Shown here: in pieces, positions 33,901 to 47,600 of the stretch
How the letters are laid out: the number at the start of each line of letters is the position of its first letter
Position numbering within the stretch: position 1 is the first letter of the stretch
Assembly (NCBI GenBank): GCA_002633005.1
Contig: NMRA01000389.1
Location: 1-64,000, forward strand
Reading direction: 5' to 3'
DNA length: 64,000 bases
Source of the DNA: Phoronis australis
Lineage: Eukaryota; Animalia; Phoronida
The notes under the pieces: generated by a model
The model's input: the letters and a program-made list of their open reading frames with translations, nothing else
Told to the model about the DNA's origin: nothing
Database searches by the model: none
Program-made: the position numbers and the translations under genes

Positions 33901-36900
33901 AGATGTGCAGACAGTAGCTTGCAGTGAACTAAAGCAACTGTGGTTAGAACAGCTGTATGCTCTGCCTGAATTTCGCTCGCATCCTCTACACTTAGTACAA
34001 ACTGAGAAGATATTTCTCTCTAATAAAACATATGGAATAATTCAAATCAATCTTATTAACAGGCTTAAGCTGCTGTCAAGTGCAACAGTATTTTCACAAA
34101 AAGTACTTTTTATGTCTGCTTCCATGTCTACCTTTAGTTCATGAACGTTTGATCATTTAACAGTGAGACTTCTATCTGTGATGTTTCAATGACCTTATGA
34201 TTTCTTTGGTATTCCCACAGCTTAATCCAGATTTAAGTTGTGACTCTGCAGTTGTTCTGGGTCATGGAAATGTTGCCATAGATGTTGCCCGGATACTCCT
34301 GACCCCTGTGGAGATTTTAAAGGTTAGTGGTTTTAAAGACATTATTTATTATTCAGGGCTTGGAATTTTCCGCGGAAACGCGGATTTCCACTTTTTTCAA
34401 ATGTGCTTTCCGCTTTTTTTATAATATTTCCGCGTAAAAAAATCGGATTTGATATAAAATTTCCGTGGCAAATTCCTTTCTTACCGCGGCGTTGCAGACA
34501 ACGTTCACCTCGAAAAGCGGAAGTTGCTCTTTATGTTTCGGAGGAACGTAAATTGTCAACATTGTCGGGGCATCTGGGACAGCGTGGTGGGATTTTCAAT
34601 GGTGTCTCGTGTTATTGTTATGCGCGGCGACAAATACTACCGCTCTGCAGCCAAAAATGTGTGGGTCGGGAGTGGACGGGCGAGCTAAAAGGACGCAGAC
34701 GCATGCTACTGATGGTGGTAACGTTTTTTTTTAGTCCTCCCGATTTTTGTCTGGGAAAGGTTCACATTGACCATTTCAAGGCTGGTTATCGGGCATGATT
34801 TGGGCCATAAAAGTTTCAAAGTTTCCGCGTTTTTTGTCATTGGTCATTCCAAGCCCTGNCTAGCAGTCTTTAGATATTAAAGTTCGCAATTCTTTTTTAC
34901 TTCACTTGGGAATGATTGCAATTAAAAATCTTCAGAAATGCTCAAAAGATAGGGTGAATGGAATTTGGTGAGCCTGCCTAAGTAATAGCCTCATGTTGGC
35001 TGTATTCCCACAGAGTACAGACATCAGTCAGCATGCGTTGACTGCGTTGGCATCCAGTAATATCAAACGGGTGTATCTCGTAGGCAGACGCGGTCCAGTA
35101 CAGGCAGCCTTTACTATTAAAGAGTTCAGAGAGCTTACTAAATTGAAGCAATGTTCAACGCACCTTCAAAACGGTGATTTCCAGGATATAGAAAGTTACC
35201 TAAAAGGTAGGTAGGTAGTTTTTGAAGACTAAGTCTTTTCCTGGTGTCCATTTTACTTAGAATTTTTTAATTACAACCTATTTTGTTTCTAAGTTTAGTT
35301 TAGATCTGGCAACTACTAATTAAGATTTCCTGAATTAATGGCATACGTAAATTTGTTGTAAGACCAAAACTTACAACTTTTTTCTTTAGTGGAACACTGA
35401 CTTAGTCTGAAGTTTTAGTACTCATTAAAAAGCTAATATAACTGTGACTTTTTTGTGAAGCAATTGACATATTTTCCGACTTCATGTGGACAACGTATCA
35501 TTCATTTCATTAGTCAATTTGAAAGTTTCTCTTCGCCCTGTGTGTAGCTGAGATGCAACAAAGATTGTCTTTTTGTTTCTTGAATGTGTAATATTGTATA
35601 AAATTGCATATTGATTATAAGTCTACAAATGATAATCCCACTTTAGCCAATACATCATCTCAAACAGAGATGAAAATCTATCGAAATATTTTTCTCAGAT
35701 TCTGTGAAACAGATACGAATCAGTAGAATGGGCAAAATACATGTTCAGTGTGCTAGTACTAACCAAATCAAATTCCGTCAGGTACTTACAGCATAGTCAT
35801 TGATCTTACCAGGTTATATTTTGCTTCTTTTCACCTCTTTGTAGCAAAGACGAATCAAGTTGTATGCCATCTTATGCTCATAGATTTTGATGTAATAACG
35901 TTATATTATAATTAGTAATGACAATTTGACCTGAATGCTAACCAATGAGCCAAGTGAATGCCTTAGTTCACGAGTTCACTACTAGGTGAAAAATGCAAAT
36001 GGCGGAGTGATAAGTAGTAAAACGTAAAATCTTCAAGTGATTAAGTTCTTTTGAAGGGCTTGTTTTCTACGCAGCTATATTGGCCATATCATTTCTGCAG
36101 ACAGAGCTCTTCACACAATCGCAATTTCGACGTGTGCGGATTAATATTTTATGTGCATTGGAGTGTAATATACAAGACACTAACTTCTACACTTTCAATG
36201 TATGGACTTCCAATTCCATCCCTGTTTAGATTCAGGTTGGTTTACTGACTAATCCCTCTTCTTACAGACCTTAAGGCAAGTTTACTTCATTGCTACAGAC
36301 TTAGCACAATAAATGGATGGTCAATCTCCACAATGCTGATCTCTGAAATGTGAAAAGCATAAAAAAGTGCAATTGTATTGCACTCCGTTGCTGGTCTTTA
36401 ACCTGATGTTTTATTGCTCCAAATCAGTGTCTTATTGCTCAACTCATGCATAACATAGTCATGATGGTTTGCTTACTGTTTTATCTTTCCATAGAATTAC
36501 CTCGACCAAGGAAAAGGTTAACAGAGTTGATGTTGAAGACTGCACATAATGAAAACATGATGCCTGAAAATACGAAACAGCTGCATTTTATTTTTAAACG
36601 CAGTCCTCTCGAACTGTTAACAAGGGATGGGATTGCAGTTAGTGGAGTTAAATTCTCTGTCAATGAACTAGAGGTAGGTTGTACAGCAATGTTATTTACA
36701 AGTACCTACTGAAAATATGCTACTTCTAGCGACCAGTCAAATTGATTACTGAAAGAAAGCATTATTGCGAAGATTATACTTTCAACAAGCATACCATTTC
36801 TGTTTATAATGCCAGTATCGGCATCATCTCTGTCGGGTATCAGGTGTCCATCCCCCAGTGTCTGCAGCTGTATCTCCTAAACCTCTTGCAGGACATTGAC

Positions 36901-39849
36901 ATTAGACGGCTGTCATTGATTATCAGATGGATTAAACTACTGTGGCGCCTCCTAGTGGCAAGTTTGATTTGTTTGCCTGTGTCTCTAAGTTCCTCGATAG
37001 ATTTTCATGAAATTTGTGTCATGTGTTCCAATTGAGGAGAGTACGACTGACATTAACTTTGGGTTGAGTCCGGCTACAAAGGCATCCCCTAGTAGTAATT
37101 TAAATTTTTTTCGTGTATACCTCTATATCTGGCAGGTTCCTTGATGGATTTTCGCAAAATTTTGCAACTAAATTTCGATCAAGAAGACGACAGGATCTGC
37201 CTTATTTAAGAAGGACATGATGTATGCTGTATTTTTATTTTTTTCCTCATTTATTGTCGGCCGCCTCCTATCTGCCAAACAGCTAGAAGGACAAGTATGT
37301 TCCTATTCAAGAGAGCATGGCTTACATTGGTTTTCGAATGGATCTGACTACTTTGGCACCCCCTAGAGGCAATTATTGTTTCTTTGTGTATGTGCTAATG
37401 TCTACCATGTTCTTTGATGTAGGCCCTCGTCATGAACATTTAAAGATGTGATCCCATTGAGGAGAGCGTGGCTGTCATTGAGTTTTTGACAGATGGCACC
37501 TCGTAATGGTGGCATTTTTGCCCTACCTTGATATGTACCAAGTTTCTTGATGGATGTTCGTGATATCTGACATATGTATTCCTATTGCTGAGAGCATGGG
37601 TGATGGGAGTGTTTAAAATAATCATAATCCTTGTATCTGTGGCGTATGCAATATACATGATGGGCTCATATCAACACTCAGCATGGCTTGTGTTTGAATT
37701 GAATTTGTTTGTAATATATCGCCTGCAATTCCTCTGTTGGTCATATTGCCTTGGCAACTGAAAATAACCCACCATGACAAGTAGCTTAATAGGCTTGCGT
37801 CTGAACCAATAATAACTGCAGTGAGTGATCTAAAGTTAATTTCGACACTAGATGTGGCTTTCTTGCCTTTTTACTATGAAAACCCGACAAACTTTACCAT
37901 TTTTTGATCAGGGAACATTTGGAGAGAACCAACGATGTGTAGCAACAGAAGAAGAAGAAGAGATTAGCTGTGGTTTGGTGAGTGAATTGTACGTCTGCTT
38001 GTTCTCTTTATAGTATTGATAAAACAGGAAGTGAATGCAACCATGACCTGTGAACAATTTACGTCTGTCCACAAATACAGAATATTCTTTTCCCAGAATA
38101 CCACAGTATTCTCTCAAGTCTGCACCATTTACCCACAATGCAGCACATCCAAAAGGCACAAAACTGAGGAGAGCAGTACATACACTTATTAAACAAATAT
38201 TAATTTCCTTTAGGTCATAAAAAGTGTTGGTTTCCGTGGAGTACCGCTGGAGCATAGTTTACCTTTTGACCATTCCAAGGGAGTTGTTAGTAACAACAAC
38301 GGACGAGTTCCAGGACAGCCAGGTATTTATAAAGTAACTGGCGAATGACAGTCACTTTCAAAAGCTTGCATCCAGGGTTGCAATGTACCAATTTGAAATA
38401 CAATTTCTTTGAAAACAAGCTTTAACAACTTGGTTTATATTTTCAGGTTTGAAAATTCTGATAATGGGTCTGAACATAGATAGCAGGGTGAATAAAGCTT
38501 TTGAAAAGATTTTGGGTAACAGTTTCGATGAGAAAATTTCAGCCTATAAAATGTAACATTAATAAACAAGAGGAGACAACAAGAATAACGCAATGCTATC
38601 CCGGTTCTAAAAAAACATGTCTCGCTACACATGGCAGTGACGAATGAATCCCTGTAGTGGCGCAATGTTCGAGTGTTGCCTCTGCTGCCATATTAGATGG
38701 TAGTCAAAACTCATTCACTGCAACGTTAGAGTACCTACTTGTTCAACCATGTGACTGGTGGAATATTGTCGTAGTTCCTGTGGTTTTACAATTCTTTACT
38801 TCAAAGATAGCTGACGTGTTACAGAGTAATTTTGTGTTGAATTTTCGTTAGGAATTTAATTAAGGTGATGTGGGACCCTCGAAAACTGGTCAAAACTGGC
38901 AAACTTTGGAACATCAGGTCGCAGAAATGGCTGATGGGATTCACGTGAAACGATTCCTTAATGTTTTGGAGAACAGTGCATAAAGCATGGTATGTGAAAG
39001 TTTCACAAAAATCCAACCTGCCGTTTCAGAGATATGATGCTCCGAGTTTAGCCAAAGGGCTCTACACGTCATTTTTATCCAAATATCGTAAAACATCTTT
39101 TCTGCAGGTTTATACTGCAGTGGCTGGATAAGGCGTGGACCAGAAGGCGTCATTGTCAATACTATGGCTTGTGGCTTTGACAGCGGTAAAACAGTTGTCC
39201 AAGATTTAAATAGTGGTGCTTTAGAATCGTCTAGTACAGGAAGGTCAACAATTATGGACTTGTTAAAGAGCCGAGGTAACTAAAAAGTCTTGTAGATGTA
39301 GTCTTACTGAAATGTCAGTGTATTGTGGTGGCCATTAGCTGGGCAGATAAGTGCAAATATGCACCAGAATTGTGCAAATGATGATACAAGCACCAAATTT
39401 TCCATGATGACTCATAATAGCATACTTAAGAAATCTGTTCGACTAGCCACCTGAAAATCCAAGATGGCGGCCATTTTTCAAGATGGCCGCCGTCCAGTGT
39501 TCGTGATAATGATTTTCCTTGTAAATCAGTATCTACCCAACCGATTTTAGCGATCTTGGGGTCAAATGTTATAGTTTTGGGTATGCTTAATTCATTTTTG
39601 ACACTGTGAACNGGAGACGAATAGTTCTGCTGTATCTATCCTCCGTCTCTATAGCTCTTATTTGGCAGCAATGTTGGATGAAATCTTCATAAATGGGCAC
39701 ATTCTTTTACAGGAATACATGCAGTTAGTTTCGAAGACTGGGAAGAGATCGATCGAAAGGAAGTACAAAGGGGTGAACGATTGGGAAAACCACGAGAAAA
39801 AATTATAGATATTAGTGAAATGATGGAGGTAGTCAAAGCCAGGACTTAA
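30952..39849 (+). CDS. FDXR: NADPH:adrenodoxin (ferredoxin) oxidoreductase, mitochondrial; 12 coding exons, 479 aa
   Basis: Exons 30952-31104, 31436-31531, 32129-32251, 32885-32929, 33558-33626, 34221-34322, 35014-35206, 36495-36673, 37912-37977, 38214-38322, 39108-39275, 39713-39849 join in frame (1440 nt, all GT-AG). Motifs [12 protein letters not shown] (FAD), [38 protein letters not shown] (NADP GxGxxA), [36 protein letters not shown]. Ser/Arg-rich transit-peptide-like N-terminus; the start ATG is inferred. Confidence 0.96.
34354..34858 (+). mobile_element. hAT-like MITE family A, copy 1 (FDXR intron)
   Basis: TIR cagggcttggaat / attccaagccctg; near-identical to 56063-56578; right flank broken by an n. 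Confidence 0.85.
36800..37570. mobile_element. Degenerate inverted relative of the HINE-like element at 13015-15491
   Basis: Reverse-complement units ggcgcctcctagtggc (~36944), ggcatcccctagtagt (~37081), ggcaccccctagaggc (~37355), plus gattttcatgaaattt. Confidence 0.55.
39316..39611. mobile_element. Probable DNA transposon end fragment in the last FDXR intron, cut by an n
   Basis: cagtg start and tccaagatggcggccatttttcaagatggccgcc motif of a kind common in TIR-element subtermini; no partner end seen. Confidence 0.3.
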
Positions 39850-42800
39850 GATCTGGTATCTTGTGCAATTATTTCAATATCGCTTTGCTTTAATGTCTCA
39901 TTTCATGCTTAGTTGTCGATAGCCACATTCTAAAACATTCTTGTTGAGGTAAGGAAATAAACAACATGGCGGTGTTGTACTCATGACAACAGAGGCCAGG
40001 GGACATTTTGTCAAGTGGGGATACATAAAGAATGTCAGCTCACACGTCTTAGGATTTCCTTTCCTGATCTTCCTCAAAAAGCACCAGCAAAATGTGACGT
40101 CAATCACTATGGGTGTGTAAGTCTTCACGACTGTAAATCTATTTCAAATTAGTAAAATTTGCATAAATCGATCCAATCTAATTGAGATTTCAACCGAGAG
40201 ACGAAATCAGACTTATTTGAGTGCACACATTAGAAGAGCAACGCATTCTTGTGATAAAGCACGTCCAACTTCAGAATATGTGAATTTTGTTTTTTGATTT
40301 AACAAAACAATTGTGCAATATTCTACAGCTAATGTAAGTGATGGTGGATGTGACCAATTTTATAGCAGTTTTGTTTCAGTCAAAAAGGTGATAAGAATTT
40401 ATTGTATAGTAACACACAACACTGTCTTTGAAAAATGATGAACATCTTGCGTGGAAATTTTGTTTGTGTTTTGCAGGTAAGCATGATAAAGAAAATTCTC
40501 ACCAATTTCAAACGCAAATACCCAGTTATTGTCATTAAGTGCGTTTTTCACTTGCAACAATTATTTGAAACATTGGCCCAGGGCAGCTGTGGTACAGAAC
40601 TTGAACACAATAACAAATTAATTTGGTGCCACGTTTCTATAATGAAAAACTTCTACTTGTCCACCTTTGGAGACGTGATACTGTAGTCATTTTACTAGAT
40701 AGGTTTTACAGCTGCATTCCCATCTGGCAGTAGACTTCGTATTGTGACCTAGATCAGAAAATCACTCATGCATCTTTAAAGGGAGAACATACCCTTCTTG
40801 TCAATTTAACATATTTTACTTCATACAAGATATTTAGAGCTTTTTTAGTCGACTTCCATGAAAATAAAATAAAATCGAAATTCTTTCAAAGCAGAAGAGG
40901 GATGCAATAGCAAAGTTATGTTGTAGCAAGCTGAATACTCTTTTCTGGTCCAATAACTGCACAATGACAAAACGCCCAATGTTCAACCCAAGCCTGGGTA
41001 CATGACTCTTTGTACACATACATGCACTGTGTTGACATTTTACGACACGCTTATGTCTCACATTTATAGTTAGATTATCTTCAGAGCAAGTAAAATATGC
41101 CAGATTGATTAAAAACTCCTTCGTTGACATTCACTTGAAGGTTGGCAAGTTTTCTCGCTGGTTCCCTGCGTGCCGCTAGGTGGTCAGTAGCCAGCCCGCA
41201 GGTATCTCTTATTTTCCTTGGGAAATTTTTTTTCACCGGCGTTTCTGATTGGCTAGTCGAATTCTCAACAGGCAGCGCTTTACGCAAACAAACTGGCATC
41301 GTAGATACTATATAGTCTATGCTGGCATGACTGATGGACTGAAGTGTAAATGAGGTTTGTTGTACAGACAAATCGGTGCATAAAGCTAACCAATGACTGC
41401 CGAGGTTACATCAACCAATGCTAAAGCGCTTGCCACTGCGTGATACCTGCGTGCTGGCTAGGCACGTAGGGGATCAGCGAGGGCAAGTTTTGAGAAAATA
41501 GAATTTTACGATTCACATTTTGGATGTCTGATTTACTTTTTAGAAGTGATAATGTGAATTGACCAGACGTAAAGGCCAATGTTGTTATAGTGAGGTAGGT
41601 GATCATTAAATGCTGAAAGATAACCAAATTGCAAGTTACATCTGGCCCATATCGACATTATCCAAACTGTTGCAAACTTTTGTCTTGTACTTAATATGCT
41701 TTTGTGATGTAAAGGTTTTACCTCAGCTATTGTTAAGTGCTATTTTGTTAAGTGTCATACTAAATATGGTATATATTTATATAAATACACAAATCAATAT
41801 GACAAAGCAATTTATTGAGTAACGAGTTCAGTATAAAACATGTTAACTAACCTCCGTGGCTTGAATTCAGATGTATCGAGATGTTGCACAGATGTGGTAA
41901 ATCTCGTAGGACACTGCAACTTATACACAATGTTAATCATTTGAAGACTCGAATAACTAACTACACAGAGCAAAGTACAAGTATACCATCCACAACTTGC
42001 CACATTGTCTTTCAAATATACGCACTTGAAAACCGGTAAAATTTATAAAAAATAATCCTGATTGAATACTGCTGCTTTTCAAAGGTTAAAGCCATCCAGA
42101 CATAAGAACACTACTACAGTTACTACAGCACAATTAGACGATGGCATCCTACCAAATCTGACCACAATACATTCAAGGCAGCGAAAGCATTTCAACTTTT
42201 TGCGATGAAAATGGAAACAAAAACAATTGCCTTAAGAAAATGCGATGTTCGCCTCCAAGAGAATTCCACCAGGAAGTGTTCAACAGTGTCCCCAGTCTCG
42301 TCTTTCTCTTTACACAAACAGGCTGGGCTGTCATCGAGTGCAGGGTACGAGCAACGCTAAGAAAGATATACAAAGGCAAAAATAACTGCAATGCCATATA
42401 ATCAGCGACATGTAATTAGTACATATACTAGGGATAAAAGCCACTAACCTAGTTGATGTGGTGACCGCTCGACAGGCCCTGGTACTGGAAGAGAAATACT
42501 GCATCCAGGTGAACACCGCACAATCGCTGCATTTTAAATTCAATCACAAATTCCAAAACACGCATGGTGCCCGTTTTCACCTTGAATGATCTATTAATTG
42601 GTTTTGTTCTTTGGTATCACGAGCAAAATTGAAGCAACTCTCTGTAGTTCAACAATTAAACACACATTGACAATACTATTATTTAGAAAGTATTTTCATT
42701 AAGGGTGCCTTGGAAATAAATGAGTTTCAAATTCAAAATGGGAGACTACTGTGCAACCTTAAAGTAAAATGTGGAAAATTTGAGTTGACGGAAAGAATAA

Positions 42801-44653
42801 GTTATGGTTTCTAAGAATTGCTGTTTTATTTTTAGTATGGTGAGGGATGAAAGCTTGTTTTTCTGGAAATAAAAATTGATGGGCAAGGGAAAAAGCTTAA
42901 AAAATTTGTCGTGTGTGGTGCACATGTACTGTGAAGTTTACACCTGTCAAAATTAAATTGTTCCACGGTTGCAAAAGCCTGAACTCGACTTGTCCTTTGT
43001 TTTTGTTTCAAAATATAAACACAATATCAAATATGAAAACATGGATAAACATTTTGCTCATGATGCCATTGCTACCACTTGCCTCTATTGTCTTCAAGAA
43101 AATAGCCTTCCGACTTCGTAAACACCTGAAAATCTCAAAATGAATTCACTTGCCTCCATTTTCTCAGCATGCCACAGTTTCTTGTTGAACGTCCGTGCAA
43201 TATATTGCATGTAAACATTAGAATGATACCACAAGCATGTTTTCACGTTAATATATCAAATACCTCTTGCAAGTAACAGTGTAACATGAGAGTGCATGGG
43301 CAGATATTCCCCTTTCAATGTTCACCAGTCTTCACTTGCACAGCACAGCAGCCGATCACGAAGGGAAGATGACAAAACAGGAATTAACAGTACAAGCTGC
43401 AAGTCTTAAACATTTCAAAATAACGATCACTGCACCGGAGTAGCGCTAGCTTAGCAATATTGCTCAACAAGGATATGTGAATAAATCGGAACTTATTAAG
43501 ACGAGTTCCGGTAAAAAGTGTTAAAGTTATGTAGGACTTGTCAGTGATTTAGCCAAACATCCACAAAACAATAGATTTTATGGTAAAAATTAATATTTTC
43601 TGAAAGTAGAAAGCACCTAGAACTTGATTTTTATTTTACTAATTTGCCATTACATGGGTCACGTGATCATTCTTTTTCAGTAAAATTTAGCAAAAGAGAA
43701 AGGCAGCACATTAGTAGCAAAACAAGTATTAATAACACCACCAAATTTCATTTCAGAACATGAAATCTCAAAATCGCTATTTAATACAGTTTTTCTATAA
43801 AAATTATTTTGTTTTCATTTTATACAACTTTAGAGCTTTTTCAAATAAATCATATATAAGTCCCATTTTTGATAGCCCTTATGTAAAAGTGGAAAATTTT
43901 AAAAACAATTCCTACAACTGTTTTGGAAGATAGTGTTTAAAGCATACTATGTGAAACTTTCATATGAATCCAAATATTTATTGTTGAGATATGATGTTCC
44001 GAAGTTAGCCAAATTTGGACGCTTTTCTATGGTCCTACATACCCTTAACATGTCAGTGATTTTGTTTTCTTTATTAGACACACAACATACTGAGAAAATA
44101 GCACCTGCAGGCATAATTGGATCAGACACAATAACATAAAACCATGAGACACATTTTACCTCGCATTTCTTGATGTTGGACAGGCCTGTGGAAATTTCTC
44201 AATGTGTTCGCAGCAATGGACAAAGCAAACCACTCATGTTATTGGTCTTCTGATACAATTTATGTCAAAGCTTTTCTATTTATTGCATTTCGTTGTATTT
44301 GCTTGGTGCTGTTCAAATGTTTTTCGACAAAAGTGAACTACATTTTTATGCCAAACGGGCAAAAGGGAAATCTGGTTTAAGAAATACGTACAGTTTGGTA
44401 AAACTGCATTTTAGAAATAATTTGGGTAGGTGAAATTGTTCAAATAACAAATTTGATACGTGAAACTGTTAACTCATCACTTCAGTCTATTCTTATTGCG
44501 TCACTTTAGGTTGTCAATTATGACTTCAGTGAAAAAACGCGCGCGACTTGTCGGCATCTATTTTGCACTCACCTGTGATCTGTAACAGAAGAAATGAACA
44601 ATGAGGCCCTTGGTAGACGTCACTTACCTTTGGAGGGATGGATACACAATGAC

Positions 44654-47600
44654 TTATGAGTCACCTTCAGAAAGGTCCCTAGTAGCATCTCCAGCCCCGC
44701 ACTCATCTGCCGTGTCTGCAGTCTTAGAATCGCTGCTGCTAACAGGAGTCTGCTCTTTGGAATCCCCATTTTCAGATAATTTTGGCTTAGCCTCATCGTC
44801 GCCTGTAATTGGAAAAGAAATGAGTATGACATTGTGAAAACATGAAATAACGTGTCCATAGCTGATCAGAAGAAAACGAAAGCATCGCCCTGTTTAGCAG
44901 ACTAAGAAACAAAAAACAAATAGACCTTTTACTCTCATAAAAACGATCTCATAACATTCCTTCCCATGATAGAGGTCTATTTCGTTCCCAATAAAAACAT
45001 AGAAACCATCAGCTACTCAAAAATATGTGAAAGAGAACCATATCATGGTAAAAAATATGAGACTGATTTGATGAGAATAAAAGGCTTGGTTAGATTTTTT
45101 TTAGCCAGCTAAACAGCCACGGCGAAACGCAGTTTTAATAGATAAAAACATTAAAGGAGCAGACTGACAGTTGAGTATTTTAGCCAACAATTCATAACAC
45201 ACCAGTTAAGAATTCTAAACTTATTAAACATAATACTACAGCACCCTCCCCGACAACTGCATTTACCCACAAAGCTGTGCACAAGTACGGCACTCATGCC
45301 ATAGGTATACGTAACTGCTACGTAAATAACTGTTTTACAGCAAAAATGTTTGACATCCATAATTCTCATACTCATGGAGTTCCACTGCTGGATAGTGAGT
45401 AGCAATGCCAACACCAAAACATGAGGACTGGGAGCAATAAATCATTCTTTTCTAGCCCGTCTTAGCTAAGAAACGTGGCCTAGCCTTTCGTAAACAAAGT
45501 CAATCATACAAAGTGTTTTTCTAACTTAACAAATCAGAGTTGAATTCAGAATACACCTATTCCACATCGGTCAGTCTTCGCACCATTTTCCCAAATCTAA
45601 TACGTTAATGCTAAGAGAGGATGTGTGTCACGTCTTTTCAACAGACCATCTGCGTAATCATTGTAAGTACACAAAGCACAAGTTCTCACCAGATGTATGT
45701 CCTCTGTCGGACTTGCGTTCCTCCTTCGCCTTTTTGTCTTTGCTCCGGTCTCGATGGCGATCACGGCTCCGTGACCTGTGTCGACTGCGTTTGTCACGGC
45801 TGCGTGAGCGACGAGATCTGTCTCTGCTGCGAGATCTGCGAGACTTCTCACGACTACCCGATCGCCTGGAATGTTTGCGATCACGACTACGAGACCTTTT
45901 CCTGAAAGGATAGCCATCGAAGTGAATAGTTATCAAAGTGAAACAGCGGAGTGAGCACGGTGAACCATCCAGAGGATTAAACCAAAGATAACTGAAAAAT
46001 AAACTACTTGTAACAACGAGAATGACTGAAACATGGTGACTGTATGGTTGAGCAATTAATATGTGAAACACCAGCATGGCTTTAGCTACAGAGCTACACA
46101 TCCGAAAAGCATGCGAGAATTAAAGTGAGCATGGATAGGTGTGATTCAGTGTTGTTCACAAACTGTTTTACTTGACGCAGAATTTCATCCCAAAGAATTT
46201 GCATTACTTGGGCCCAGTTTTGAAAACCAGTTCATAATACATTTTGAGAGATCCAGCCATTATGACATTATGGACTTCTACTACCAGTTCAACGATTCAA
46301 CGGCTTTCCACACAAAACCCCCACTGACAATATGGACAAGGACTTTTGAAAATGTAATACTAGACTGCTAATATTTTTATTCCAGCTCAAATTGAAAGCA
46401 ATACCTCTCTCGGCTCTTGCGTTTCTCTCGACTGCGAGACCGCCGGCTCCTTGACCTACTTCGCTTGCGCCGTTTCTCCTCTTTCTCTCGCTCTTTCCTT
46501 CTTTCCTCACGTTCCTTCTCCCTCTCTTTTTCCCGCTCCTCTCGCTCACGTCGTAATCGGTCTTCACGCTCCTGTTCATTGTTTTTCTTCTTACTCTGCA
46601 GAAATTTTAACATGAAAACCAATATACTGCATCAACACAAAAGACATTGGTGGCATAATGCCCAAGGTCCAGTCAACAAATTCACTACATAAACCTGATG
46701 GCATAACTTACAAAACCCAAAATATTGAACAAAAATGTGCAAATTTTTTAACTAAGTTTGGTTCAACAAGTTCAACTATGGCACTTTCATGACCTTAAAC
46801 GGTTTTCTTAGACCACATTGCGATACACAAATCAATTCATAATCTTAAACATGAAAATAGAACAAATCAATTTGGAAGCGTCGAATCTAGGCTTTTTCAA
46901 TGAACTCAAAGTAAATTCAAATTCAAATTCATCAACTTTAAGGTAGAATATTCAGTTTAGAAGTGATGAATCTAGCATCAACCAATGAACATCATTCAGT
47001 CCTTAGCATAACTGAGTAAAATTGTGAACGCTAACACTCCATATAAAAAACTCCCAAGTTATTTTAAACGATGGCACTGTCTACGGCTTAAGGTTACAAA
47101 AGCAGTTCCAGACATAATACCAAGAGCATTAACGCACCATGAAATCATCCACTGTGGCCCTGACTTGGGCGTAACCCATGTGTTGTTTACCCATCAGGTG
47201 TTCCTGCACTCTCTGCTCAGCGTCACCAACTATCAACAGGGCACCACAAATTTCACACACTTCCATCTGTTTCATTCCAGGGATCTCGGCCGGAGCATGC
47301 TGAAGAATGTAAAACAATTTTTGACTATAATTAACTTAATCCTGCAGTGAAGTCCACGGTTATTGTGCACATGCACAATTAATTATCCATCTCTTAATTC
47401 TCGTTATCAATTTACGTTGTGTTATCGCGATTTGTTACGCGTTCACTGACAAGCATTTTGTTACGCTCACTTGCAGTTTTCCCTCTTTCTATGAATAAGA
47501 CGCCTTTTATTTGTTCTATTTGTATTTCTCTCCTATAAAAATTTAGCGATCCTACAACACTGATGCAGAAAAATTTCTTACTATCTGTATTTTTCTCTTT

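Noticed and set aside
45597-46692. Several overlapping Arg/Ser/Leu-rich ORFs on both strands
   Set aside because: Alternative-frame and antisense readings of the low-complexity RS/RE exons of LUC7L3.
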